From Nemertoderma westbladi (lineage: Eukaryota > Animalia > Xenacoelomorpha): a DNA stretch of 64,000 nt. The stretch covers positions 1-64,000 of the forward strand of contig JAUCBJ010006764.1 in NCBI GenBank assembly GCA_032718475.1, read 5' to 3'. This document shows positions 23,886 through 36,030 of the stretch, piece after piece (position 1 is the stretch's first letter; the number at the start of each line of letters is the position of its first letter). The notes under the pieces were generated by a model that saw nothing but the letters and a program-made list of their open reading frames with translations, made no database searches and was not told the DNA's origin. Made by a program: the position numbers and the translations under genes.

Positions 23886-25095
23886 TTAATAATAATGATA
23901 CGAATTATCCTTGGTAGATATAACGACTCGTCCAGAACGAGTTCGCGATGGGTTAGCTGTGTGTAAACAAGAACGAGGCCCTGAAGTTGGGTCTGGTGGT
24001 TCGACGCAGTTTGTGTGGATTGGTAATTCTAGATGTGGTGAAGGAAGGTTTTGTTTTGGTATGAACTGTTTGAGGCGGGAAACACTGACTGTCTGTTGTT
24101 TACCATTCTTCTCAATAACCACAGTTGAACTTTTATCTTCCACTACAGGGTAAGGGCCGGTGTATGGAGCCTCTAGAGGGCGACGTACACGGTCGATTCT
24201 CAGCCAAACTTTATCAGTGTTGGGCGGTAGATGGGAGCGAATTTCGGCGCGTTCTATTGGCTGGGGTTGGAGATGGATATGATTGGTTGGATCGAAATAT
24301 TGGCAGAGTTTGTCAACAATAGAGGGATGGTCGGTTGGCGTGTAACTAATCAACTTCGTGGGGAAACAGGGAGCTTCACCAGTCAGTAATGTAAAAGGGG
24401 AAGGTTTAGATTCGTTAGGAGTATTTCGAATAACCCAAAGGATGGACGAAATTGAGTGCAGCCAATCCGAATCGCGGGCCTTGATGGCGTCTTTCAGACG
24501 GCGGTGTAAGCGTTCAATCATGCCATTTGTTTGTGGGTGGTAAGCTGTTGTGCGAATACGGACATATCTGAGGTTAGTAGCGATTTTCTTAAATTAATCA
24601 GATTCGAATTGGCTTCCACGATCCGTAATAACATGCAGTGGAATTCCGAAAAGTGAAATCCATCCATTGATGAAGGCTATAGCAATGGTTGTAGTTAGAA
24701 TATCTGTCAGGGGAACTGCAGTGGGCCATCCAGAAAATCTATCTATGGCAGTCAGTAAATATGAATAGCCGTTGATCGTTGGTAATGGCCCCACAATATC
24801 TATATGGACGATATCAAATCTATCTGTTACAATTGGCATAGGCTCTAGTGGTGTGTGTATGTGTCGAATAATCTTGGCTTTCTGACAGTTCTGACACTCG
24901 CGAACCCATTTCTTTGTCATTCTTGGCATGTGGCCAATAGAATTGTGAAAGTATTAGTCTCTGGGTAGCAGTGCGGCCAGGGTGAGAAATATTATGAGTT
25001 TGGTTGAAGATATTCTCACGGAGACAAGCTGGAATATAAGGGCGGGGGCGGGAGGAGTTTACATCACAGGCTAGAGAAACATCCCCGAATGGCAT
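23886..25095 (-). pseudogene. pol: Gypsy integrase (three frameshifted pieces)
   Basis: HNISHPG, CQNCQ, VHIDIVGPLP, ITDRGSQFES, ERLHRRLK, PYTGPYPV. Confidence 0.9.
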
Positions 25096-25122
25096 AGGAG
25101 TGAGATTGGGAAGAAGTTCCTC

Positions 25123-26202
25123 TTACTGTTGAGCAGCATATATGGCAGGAAAATTGCAGAAAGTCAATGGTGATATTGAAAATAGTTTAATGTATGGTTG
25201 GAAGTGGAGAACTGCACTCGCTAAACCGAGAAGTTCGCGCTCAAAAGCGGAGCATTTTGAATCAGTGGGACTGAGTCGTCGGGAGAAGAACCCGAGTGGT
25301 TTACCATTTGCTTCCAAAACTGCACCAATCGCTGCTTCTGAGGTGTCACTCGTTAGTGTAAGTTCGTTTGTATTGGGGGGAGGATGTACCAATACGATTC
25401 GCTGTTGTAGAGTTTGAAGAATTGTTAGGTAGGCAGAATCATGCTCAGGTTTCCAAGTAAACTGTGGAACAACTGCTCCCCTGGGTTGTGTCTCGTTGAG
25501 CAATGTCTGTAGAGGGATTAGAGTTTCAGCGGCTCTCGGTAGGAATCGGCGATAAAAGTTTATAGCTCCGAGACGGCTACGTAGTTCTTTGTAACAAGTA
25601 GGGGTGTAAAGTTGGGATATTTCAGCAACTTTAGTGGGAGATGGTGAAACTCCGTTGGTATCAATGCGAAAACCCAAAAAGTTGATTTCAGGGACAGCAA
25701 ATGTGCACTTTGATGGGTTTACGTGTAAATCGTGTTCTTGTAGATGTTTAAAGAGTTGTTTTAGGTGAACTTTGTATATTTCCATATTAGCGGAGCCAAC
25801 GATTACGTCGTCGTAGTATGGGAAAGTGCTTGGGTCTAAACCTCTAATGGCCTTGTGGATGTGGCGATTGAAGTGGCTTCCAGCGTTTCTAAAACCAAAT
25901 GGCATTCTCAGATATTCAAACAACCCGAACGGGGTGGTGATAGCCGTCTTTGGAATATCCTTCGGATTAACAGGGATGGCATGGCAAGCCTTTACTATAT
26001 CAATTTTTGAAAACACTGAGCATCCGTGTAAAAATGCATTTGTGTCACGGGGATCCGGAGTAGGGTATGAATCTTTCTTTGTCGCAGCGTTGATACGTCT
26101 GTAGTCTCCACATGGTCGGAATGTAGCATCTTTTTTGGTCACCATGTGGAGTGGAGATGACCATTCTGATGACGACGGTTGTATAATTCCGAGTTCCATC
26201 AT
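25123..26202 (-). pseudogene. pol: Gypsy reverse transcriptase / partial RNase H
   Basis: RPCGDYRRIN, KTAITTPFGLFEYLRMPFG, YYDDV, LTSDTS..AIGAVL, AFERELL. Confidence 0.92.
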
Positions 26203-26277
26203 TTCTTCGAAGTAATGTTTGGCTGTATTTAGTTTATCTGGGGCTAAACGTCGGGGTTTTGACTGTAACGGATGGCC

Positions 26278-26766
26278 TTATGTCTCAATCGTAAACTCGA
26301 TGGTAGACAGAGGAATTTTCCTATAATCCAGGGGTTCGAATAGATCGGAAAATGGTGCTAAAGTTTCTCTTACACAATTCGGAATTGTTGGATGAGGTTT
26401 GAATTTCGAATCCATCGGCATCGATAAAGTATCTATTTGTAAACTAACGATTAGTCTGGTTGATGTGTCTAGCAGTTCTGATTTATTACAATCGACAAGT
26501 AACTGATTTGTAGACAAAAAGTCTGCACCTAGAATCGGATTTGTGACGTCTGCCACTATGAACCGATGTGTAAATGCGCGGCGGATAGATTTCAATTTAA
26601 TTGGGATATGAATGCGACCGAAAGTTTTGATAGTGTGTCCATCGGCTGCTGAAATAGTTTCGGTTGATCCTTCGAAGGAAATAGCCAAATCATTGGTTAT
26701 GTGAAGGGGAAGAACGCTAATAGAGGCGCCAGTGTCGATGAGAAAACATAATGATTTGTTATACAC
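26278..26766 (-). pseudogene. Gypsy aspartic protease
   Basis: FLIDTGASISVL and PILGADFL motifs. Confidence 0.9.
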
Positions 26767-27676
26767 TAGCTTTAATCATTGGCAATTTATAACACACCTC
26801 TTCCGTTGTAATCGATGCAGCGGAAGGGGTTGTTAGTCGGGATGGTTCGCGCGATCGGATCCGTGGGTTGTGGGTGTCCGATTTGGGAAATTGACACCAA
26901 GGTGTGCAGGTTCGGGCCTTTGCGCCAAAAAATATATGGGATCGACAAACCTTGGGCCATTGGTTTGTGGAATATGGAGTTAAGATTCGTTGATAATCTG
27001 ATGTTCTACCATTGTTTGGATTTCTGTCATCGTATCCATAGAGAGGTGGACCGGAATATTCACGAGGTTGGTCGCGGTGTTCTCGAATGTTGTACCGGTA
27101 TTGTTCTAGATTGCGGTAAATGGGACGACCTCTAGTAGCTTGTGAAAACGCATAAACCTGCTGGCCACTGGCACATCCGGCGGATCCGGTAGCTGTGGCA
27201 GCGACTGCAGTGTCTGCGATCTTTAGGAAATCTTCTAAACTATTCTCCGATTGTGTGGCGAGAGCACTCTTGGCGGAAGCGTTTGGTATCGCTTCTATTA
27301 CCCGGGCGATAATCTCTTTCTCATTTCGCTCTGGCATCTCTGCAGCGTTAGCAAGAAGTTTAAGTTTTTGGACTGCTAAGGATGGTCTTTCACCTTCCGA
27401 TAAGGTAAATATGGGGGTATGGGCGATTGCTTTCTGGATTAAGTCGTATTTCGATTTGCACAGAGAGTTTTTCAACAAATCCTTTGCTTCCTCGCAGGTT
27501 TTAGTTTCCCCAGAAGCGAAGATCGCGGCCTGTTCCGTCGGGAGCCACGTAAACAGTAGGTTGATTTTATTTTCTTCCTCGATTTTCTCCATTGTGAAAT
27601 ATGTCTCGAGTTGTCTGAACCAAATCGTGGGTTGTTGTAATGAGAAAGGCGGGATGTGGATCCGATGAGTAGCCAT
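26759..27676 (-). CDS. gag: Gypsy Gag
   Basis: IPPFSLQQPTIWFRQLE N-terminus and CRSHIFFGAKARTCTPWC (CHCC knuckle), located directly after the PBS. Confidence 0.85.
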   Translation of the reverse strand: MATHRIHIPPFSLQQPTIWFRQLETYFTMEKIEEENKINLLFTWLPTEQAAIFASGETKTCEEAKDLLKNSLCKSKYDLIQKAIAHTPIFTLSEGERPSLAVQKLKLLANAAEMPERNEKEIIARVIEAIPNASAKSALATQSENSLEDFLKIADTAVAATATGSAGCASGQQVYAFSQATRGRPIYRNLEQYRYNIREHRDQPREYSGPPLYGYDDRNPNNGRTSDYQRILTPYSTNQWPKVCRSHIFFGAKARTCTPWCQFPKSDTHNPRIRSREPSRLTTPSAASITTEEVCYKLPMIKASV

Positions 27677-27722
27677 TGTTCTAAAGTCTGAAAGTTTGAA
27701 GGAATTTCGTCTGGGTCACCAG

Positions 27723-28046
27723 TGTAATGGTCCGCGTAACTGCTATCGATATATCGAGGTGAAAAGGAATAATAATAAAAACGAGGCTATATGACTAGAA
27801 CAGTAATAATGTATTGAAGTTCTGTCGTACAATGATTCCAAATTATAATATATAGATGCTCTAATACCGTACTGGTAAGTCTGCAGTAGTCCAGAAAATC
27901 AGCAGTTCTGAATACTGTCCTACAGTCTGACAGTTGTTCAATCTCTAAGTCCTTCATTTATATTATATAGTATATCTCCAATAAAATGTAATTAAATATT
28001 TATTTTAAGAAATATTTTTGTTTTTGGTCTAAACAGCACCACTACA
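27723..28046 (-). repeat. Gypsy 5' LTR
   Basis: TGTAATGGTCCG...CAGCACCACTACA. Confidence 0.93.
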
Positions 28047-28699
28047 ATTCTAATTATTATAGTAATAGTAACAAGACAATTATCCCTTATATTTTGTATT
28101 ACATTCTCTATGGTAGCATGGAACCAGTTATCAACCAAATAAAACGTTGTCCAGCAGCATAGACAAACGTTTAATATAGTACACAGACAGACAGACACAG
28201 TTTACTATTCTGTATTCATTCAGAGGTTTCGCTGCGAACATTATAACCAAAATTTTTATTTTTATGATACCTTAGGCTACACATATTCAGACATTCAAAT
28301 ATTCTGGCATTCCTTCAACCTTCCTAGTACAGTAGCAGTAGTACCGGTACCTACATCAGGATATAGGCAGATCTGCAGATAGGCTTATTACAATATAATC
28401 CTTACGGTACCTACTGACCTAGGCCCCATATGGCCCTACTGCCTGACCGCTCTATCAGCCTATTGCAGTATTGTGTACCGGTATCATAATCAAGATTGCA
28501 TAGGCCTATGTTCCTGTACCTGCCTGTATAGCCCAATATCAGACTTTTAAGATTATTTTGTTGGTAGGCCTAGAAACCCTCTGGTAGGCAAACAGCTATA
28601 CATAAATTCAGGTCAGTTTTCTGGCATACGCTTATAACTATAAATCCAACTATTAGTCTGTAATTATAACTTGATTCATTCATTCAAAATTACTTTGTA

Positions 28700-31375
28700 A
28701 GGTATGCAATGGTAGCAAACATCACACAATCTTATACGATCCTCAAGTTACAAAACCTACAACCCCTTCATAAATGGCAGGAACCACTTCCAGTATCGTA
28801 TCATCTTCTAATCCTGTCGCTGTTGCATCAATAAACAAATCTTCAGCACCTAGTAAGAGCATTTCATCACCCTTGAATCACATCAATGATAATATCATAA
28901 TCACTCGTCCTAACCTTCAAGCTATTTTCAGTACCTCACATTCCAAAAAAAGGACATGGCTCTCTATTGTCCCAATCAAATTAATCTCAGGTGATAGGCA
29001 TATTACAACCTATGCTCTATTGGATGAAGGTTCTACTTGTGCCTTTATGAACCAGTCAATTTCTGATATGTTAAATCTTGTTAAGAAAAACTGTAATCGT
29101 TCATTCAAAACAGCATTTGACTCTACTGCTAGAAGTGTTGATGTCGTGTCAGTTTCAGGTGCACCAGTCGAAGGTATGCATGCTTCAGACCCTCATTTTC
29201 AGGTTTTTCTACCTATTGTATACTTAGTACAGTAAATAATTTCCAAAAGGCTCATACCCAAGACATTTCACAGGTCACAATTTGTGACTATTGTTACCTC
29301 AACGAAATTGCTGATGATCTTTATTCAATTCCAGAGATTGATGCCAACATGATTTCAGCTCTCAACACATTAAACAAAACTACCAAGTTCATAAACGATA
29401 GGTATGAAGTCGCTATGATGTGGAATAGTCCACCCCCAAACTTACATAATAATAAACTTCTTGCTGTAAAGCACAACTACAAGGTCTTCTTCAGAGATTC
29501 AAGAAGCTTCCTAACATCTATGACAAATATCAACAGCAGATTGATTCGTACAAAGAGAAGGGGTATGCTCGTCGCTTGTCTCCAGAAGAAGTTGACTCAG
29601 TCTCTAACCAAACTTACTATCTTCCTAATCATTTTGTTCTACATGAGAATAAACCCAACAAAATCAGAATCGTTAATGATTGTGCGGCGACTTACAAGGG
29701 AACATGCTTAAATGATAACCCAACTGAAGGCCCAAATTTAATCAACTCTCTCATTGGTGTACTGCTACTTTTTCGTATCGGCTCAGTTGCCTTTAGCTGC
29801 AATATTGAAAGCATGTATCATAGAGTTCTTGTTCCTCCATCAGACAGTGATAGTCTCCGATTTCTCTGGAAAGCAAAGGGCTCAGATGTAACTGAAACAT
29901 TCATAATGTTATGCCATATATTTGGTGCTCTATATTTGATTCACATCTCTTCGATCCAGCCATCCTCATTATTATTCTTTTAAGTTTTTACATGGATGAT
30001 TGCCTTCATTCAGTATTCAGCCATCAAGAAGCCATTTCTGTTGCTGAAAGTCTTATCCAGTGCTTATCCAAAGGTGGATTTCATCTTACAAAGTTTATTT
30101 CCACTTCAGAAGAATTCATTAACCACTTCCCTGTAAGTGAGCGTGCTCCATGTAAGGTTAATATAGATCTTGATCATCTTAATGTATCCAGAACTCTTGG
30201 AATTCTTGGGGATACAGTATCAGACAGCTTCATATTCAATTTCCACCCCAAACAATGCGAATATTATACAAAACGAATTACCCTTTCTGAAAATGCCATT
30301 ATCTATGACCCACTCAGTTGGATTACTCCGATCATTCTGAAGGGTCACCTTATTATTCGTGAAATGTGGCTGATAAATCTCTCATGGGATGATCTCCTGC
30401 CAGCCAGACTCGCAAAGAAATGGCAGTCTTGGCTGAATCAATTATCTGATCTTTCAGCCCTAACTATTCCTAGGTGTTATACTGGACTTTTTGATAACAA
30501 TTTATCTTTAAATCAACTACACATATTTTCTGATGCTTCGATTTCAGCTTATGGTGTAGTGGCTTATCTTCGCATCATTTCGAAAAACAGCTATGTCTCA
30601 TTAGTTTATTCAAATCACGATTAGTACGTTCTGTGACTGCATCTGCACCAACTGTCCCTGAGCTGGAACTTCAAGCAGCAGTGCTAGCTTCTGACATTAG
30701 CCAGATGCTTCTAGATAATCTTAAACCCCGCATTCAAATTGCTTCCACCTATTTCTGGTCTGATTCCACAGTAACTCTTGGGTACATCCACAACTCTTCT
30801 AAATCATTCCCAATGTATGTCATGCAGCGCGTTTCCCATATCCTTCTATATTCAGACCGCAATCAGTGGTATCATGTTTCAGGAAATGAGAATCCGGCTG
30901 ACTTAGCCAGTAGAGGTTCCACAACTCTACAACTTCTTAATTCGGACAGTTGGTGGCATGGACCCAAATTCCTCTCTTCCCTTAATACTACATTTTCCAA
31001 TGACTATGTCGACTTGGAAGAATGTTCAATGGTTGCAAATTCAAACATTAATTCCCATGTTACAACTGATGACATTGAGTCCATTCCAGAATATGTAAAC
31101 TACATTCTTGATAATTGTGATAAAGACATTGTACATTCCATTCAATCAGAGGATTCAGAGTACTGTGTTTCAGCTATTGATCGAGCTTTATTTCACTTCA
31201 GTTGGAATAAATTACGAATTATCTTTGCCTGGTTATTATGCCTTATTCACTTCTCTATATCCTCCAAATTCGTAGTTCCTCTCAGAGGCACCCCAATAAC
31301 ACACCCAGAGATGAAACACTCTGGATACCGAATTATCTATTTTGTGCAAAGACAAATGTTCCCCAAATGCATTCT
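28700..31375 (+). mobile_element. Degenerate BEL/Pao retrotransposon internal region (PR-RT-RH)
   Basis: YALLDEGS, YYLPNHFV..KPNKIRIV, FYMDD, LHIFSDAS..AYG, VPELELQAA, FWSDS, NPADLASRG. Frameshifted and cut at ~31375 by an RTE insertion. Confidence 0.88.
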
Positions 31376-32575
31376 TTTGAAAGTGCCATCCAGAGATTTG
31401 GTATCCTCTGCAGTTAGAGCCCAGCATGGACTCTCATATAAGAGTGCTGGTTCTACTGCTGCCATAAATAATCGAACCTTAAGGTTCCGTTTTATTCTAT
31501 GGGACTTCCAAATCCTGGACAGACTATTTAACGCTGCTCATGCCTTCCCCTTACGTATCCGAAGGTCTTCACCTGACTTTCTGATCCATGACCCCAAGTA
31601 GCAGAAGTCATCCGCATGCTCAAGCAAGCCATCCTTAGAGCTTATGCCCTTATGATCGATCAGACATTTCTAGAGGGCTGTCTAGGTTGACTGTCATAAT
31701 TTTGGCCTTCTTGGAATTTACAAAACTACTCTTTACTAGAAGCAACCTGCTCCAATGAACAGATAAGCCTCTGGGCCTTTGGGATTCTGACAGTACCCCT
31801 AAGTCATCAGCAAAGTCTAGATCAGTAAGGTACTATGCTTGATTTCCTCTACTTCCTGTGCAAGTAGGTGTTTGGGATTCTGACAGTACCCCTAAGTCAT
31901 CAGCAAAGTCTAGATCAGTTAGGTACTATGCTGGATTTCCTCTACTTCCTATGCAAGTAGGTGTTGTTACCAACACCCCATCTTTATTAAGATGGTCTAA
32001 GGACATGCGTAGAATATAATCAAAAACCATTACGAATAAGAACGGTGTAAGTGTGTCATCCTGAAGGACTCCCCATAAGACTTCGGATGGATCTGTGTCA
32101 CCATCAGCAGTAGACACAAATGTGGTGGAACCATCGTACAGTGATCTGATAGCTACAAAAATTTCCTTAGGAATCCCATATGCTGCCAGTATGCTGAACA
32201 TACGTGGTCGGGAGACTGAGTCGAAGGGTTTAAAGAAGTCAACAAAGATAATAGCCAGTTAGTCTGCCTTTCTTTATTGATAAACTCTTCGATTATCCTT
32301 CGGAGTGCCAGAATAGGCTCCATGGTCCCACGACCTTTACGGAACCCATTTTGGTTCCCACGTAACAGTCTCTCAACAGGATCCCTGATGTGATTTAATA
32401 TAATTCTGTTGTATAGCTTTGCAGCAATCGAGATTAAAGTGATTCCATGAAAAGATCCACGTTAGGTTGCCCTTCTTGGGAACTGGCACCAACTTATTTG
32501 TTTTCAGTTCTTGAGGGAGTTCTCTTTGTCCTATACAGGAGTAGATGATGACAGTCGCAATAGATTTTCAGACCT
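31376..32575 (-). mobile_element. RTE-clade LINE fragment, same family as 5238-6605
   Basis: Nucleotide and protein homology (MFSILAAYGIPKEI...GVLQDDTLTPFLF). Contains a ~94-bp internal tandem duplication at ~31778-31965. Confidence 0.88.
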
Positions 32576-32850
32576 CCCCAATACATATTAAATAGAAGTG
32601 CATTACTTATTTATATATTTTAATATTATCATGTTTTATATTGCTGTTGTAGATATGTTTGGCATTAATATTTATTTATTTATCTTTATTATTACAGTAT
32701 AATTATTTATTTTTATTTATATATATTTATTATTTATATTTATATATATTTTTGATTTATATATATATTATTACTTAGTGTAGCATTATTATACATATAT
32801 ATGTTAAAAATTAATTATTAAAATAAATTAATTAGGCAATATATATTTTT

Positions 32851-34011
32851 CTATTTGTAAGAACAATTTACCATTGGCCTAAATAAATGTTTATAAACAG
32901 CGTTTCTCCAACTTTCTATGAACAAAGTCATTAGGTAAAAATTTAAAGAGTAAACAATTGTGACCATATCATTGATAACTGTGTATATTGTTGAAAAACG
33001 TAACCACCAAACTAAATTAATTATATCCTGAATAACTGCTTCAACATGGTTGGTGTATTTAGCCAATGCAGGATTAATATAAGCTGCATTAATAATAAAT
33101 ATTAAATCCAATATAAACAATTTAAGACCAGTCATGATCATAATTATTAGCATCATATTCAATAAATTTTTATCTTTCTTCAACCTCTCAATATTTTGTT
33201 GATGTTGTCGTGAAAATATTTTCACTTTAATAATAACACAAATGCTGAGAAAAACAATTAGAACTAGATGAACAAATTGCTTGATGGGGAGGTAATATGT
33301 GATTATAAATTTTCTGTAGCTGGATCGAATACCTTTAAATTCAACTGTAGTGGTATTCCATGTTCCAGGGGTTGCCCATGGCGATGTATCTTTGATAATA
33401 TCATGGTCACCAACATATGCAAATATAAGAAGTGTTTGAAACGATAAAATCACCATTATAATAATTATAAATAATTTATTCTGATGGCGAGTCAGTGTTT
33501 TATAATGTATGGGCAGATAAACTGCTATCATTCGATCAATAGAAATCATTATAGCTGTCCAGCATGCAAGATCTTGCCCAATTCGTACAAACAATTGTGA
33601 ATATGATCTAATAACTGCTTCAAATTTATTTAAACATCCAAATTGTGTCACTGCCCCTGTATCCCTGTCTCTCTTTGATATTGGGTCACAAAAATATTCT
33701 GAATTTACCATAATTCTAAGTAATTCACTCAAAAGTGCGGCTGTTTCCATGACACCATCCAAGCATAATATCTTGTAAAACAGGGATTTAAATTGATTCT
33801 CATTTACTACAATAAATATTGTAAGAATATAACCAATAACTCCAATAATTGAATGGGTAATGGTGTATGGTATAATTACATTTCCCGTAAAATCCTTAAC
33901 AGTGCTCAAAAATATGTAATATGGGTCAGTTACTGCTTCATATTCTTCATCAGTTATAAGTGGAAATTTGTACTTAGAGTTAACTGATTCCAATGTACAG
34001 TTAAATTCCAT
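32851..34011 (-). CDS. Intronless rhodopsin-class 7TM GPCR, paralog 2 (386 aa from MEFNCTLES)
   Basis: Colinear with 16519-17706. The ATG at 34011 aligns with the paralog start, and homology ends ~20 nt upstream of it. Confidence 0.88.
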   Translation of the reverse strand: MEFNCTLESVNSKYKFPLITDEEYEAVTDPYYIFLSTVKDFTGNVIIPYTITHSIIGVIGYILTIFIVVNENQFKSLFYKILCLDGVMETAALLSELLRIMVNSEYFCDPISKRDRDTGAVTQFGCLNKFEAVIRSYSQLFVRIGQDLACWTAIMISIDRMIAVYLPIHYKTLTRHQNKLFIIIIMVILSFQTLLIFAYVGDHDIIKDTSPWATPGTWNTTTVEFKGIRSSYRKFIITYYLPIKQFVHLVLIVFLSICVIIKVKIFSRQHQQNIERLKKDKNLLNMMLIIMIMTGLKLFILDLIFIINAAYINPALAKYTNHVEAVIQDIINLVWWLRFSTIYTVINDMVTIVYSLNFYLMTLFIESWRNAVYKHLFRPMVNCSYK

Positions 34012-34429
34012 GGTTATCGCGGATGCAAATTCCTTTGAAGATTTGTATAGGCATATATACTGTATTACTATATATTTATTGCAAATGTATTTTTCAATAT
34101 ATATATGTGATATATTGACATAGAGATTTACAAATAAACTCAAAGCAATATAAAGCAAAACGATCTCGCTAAAATAGTTATTGCACTAATGATGTGATAA
34201 TGTAATGTGGGATAATGTGATAAGCTTCTGGACTGCGGGGTTCCATTTACATTGTAAGTCTAATTAAATTTTAGTATAGAAACAAATTACTACGTATTTG
34301 TTTGGATGGGATACTATACAGCTCTTTTAATTGCCCTAAATCGCAGCGACATAGGTTGCATGATTGAGTCTGCAAGAAGCAATCACATCCTATGAGCCAA
34401 CAATCTCTGTCTGATTTCTAATTAAATTA

Positions 34430-34700
34430 TTGGATTACAAAATCTAAAAGATATCGCTGCACCACTACTGATGATGATCTCGAGGGAGGTAGATTCATCA
34501 GGTGCATTCTCTCTACGCGAGAGCAAATACCATAGTTAGGAACTTCGGCCATGCTTCAGTAGATGTGAAAGTTGTATTTTTAGGGCTTATTGTACTCAGG
34601 TCTATTGAAACAGCCTGTGGAACAGACATAATTATTCACAACGTGCTTATGACAAAATAAGGGTTGCATATAACAATTGCGCCTCTATGTTCTTTAATAT
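34430..34700 (+). mobile_element. Small LINE RT C-terminal remnant
   Basis: Manual translation LYARANTIVRNFGHASVDVKVVF.RAYCT resembles the post-RT region of APE-type LINEs. Confidence 0.4.
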
Positions 34701-35723
34701 ACCTCGCCTAACTGATGACGAGCCTACGAGCAACTCACGTTCCCTTAGTAAGCTAAATCTTTGTGCTCTATCGAGGTTTTTTGTTGTTGTTATTTGATAG
34801 CCTTTGGTCTGCCTTTGATGGGGTTGGCGTGATCACATTGGGTGGACCTGGATTGATTTGATTCCTGGATTTGATTGGGACTGATTGGTTGTGTAATATT
34901 TTGTTATTTTTTAGTATATCGCTAGTATAGAAGAGAGACACCAAGTTACAATGTTAGAGTAAAACTTCCTGTAAAAGCAGTTGATTAACCTTATGATGGT
35001 AAGTTACGGTTAAGTGATTATAATTACTAGTGAGCTGTCTGTGTATTATTAGGAGGCTTGGTGCGCCCTATTTCATTTTCCATTAGTCTCTATTCACAGG
35101 GGTAGTGGTGGACACGAGTGGAAAAAATTAATTCAAATGGGAAAATTAGATTTAAAAGAAAATCTTAATTAGTTTATTGCTTTATGTTCATTTTGAATTT
35201 TATTTTGTTTTACTATGTTCGTTGTCTTTCCTATTGACATACAGCTCGTTCAGCCTAATTGGGTAGGACTACAGAATCGTGATTGCAGAGATCAGACTCA
35301 GTTTAAGAGTTTTCAATTTCAGGATTTAATTCTTCCAGTCCTTTTATGAGTAAAATTGACTTATGAGTGAAATAAGATTGATGAAGGTTACAGAAGGAAG
35401 GAATAGGATGATAGCTAGTAGCAGGGCTAGTAGTTGCCACCACCTTATTGTAGGGAAGGGAATTTGTGGTTGGGGGGGGGGGGGGGGGGGGTCAGGTAGG
35501 TTCCAGATCTGTGTACTCCAGATTTGAAGATAGTACTGTAAATAATAGAAGATAAAAACTAAAGTTAGATTAGATAGGAATGCGGCAGCCGCCGAATGAA
35601 GAAATCTATAATGGATGATGATTACGGTGTTAGTGGTACACTATTATTGTGGCTAAAACAATAGTAGTGTAACTAAGAATGGGTACGCCTAGAATTACAA
35701 AATTAAGTTAAAGTTATAGTTAG

Positions 35724-36030
35724 TCATAGTTTAGATAGGTAGTATTGCTTGAGATATTTTGAGAAAGGCCTCTTTGTGCTTTTATTTTTTATAATCACTG
35801 GGATTGAGTTCCATATGGATGGGCCCAAGAATCTCATGGATCGTTGTGTGGAAGAAAGTCTAACAAGGGGGGTATAAAAATTGAGATTAGTTGCAGCACG
35901 AGTAGCATAGCTATGTACTGTTGATGTTTTGGAAAAGAGCTGACCAAGGTTAGAGTTAGGAGGGATGGAGTTAGTGTGAATGTCAAACATAAACAAGGAC
36001 ACTTGGTGCTTAAACAATAAATCATTACCA
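35724..36030 (-). mobile_element. CR1/L2-group LINE 3' fragment
   Basis: HSYATR...RSMRFLGPSIWNSIP...FSKYLKQYYL, a typical ORF2 C-terminus. Confidence 0.7.

Larger units (their letters stand above)
23442..28046 (-). mobile_element. Full-length Ty3/Gypsy LTR retrotransposon (degenerate ORFs)
   Basis: Paired TG..CA LTRs, 4-bp TSD ATTC (23438-23441, 28047-28050), PBS TGGTGACCCAGACG on minus at ~27708-27721, purine tract AAAGGGAAGG next to the 3' LTR, domain order gag-PR-RT-RH-IN. Confidence 0.95.

Noticed and set aside
34012-34158. 49-aa N-terminal extension of GPCR paralog 2 in the ORF track
   Set aside because: Non-ATG start, AT-rich low-complexity sequence, and no counterpart in paralog 1.
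34468-34730. CTGATGA motifs at ~34468 and ~34712 as hammerheads
   Set aside because: No properly placed GAAA core or pairing stems.
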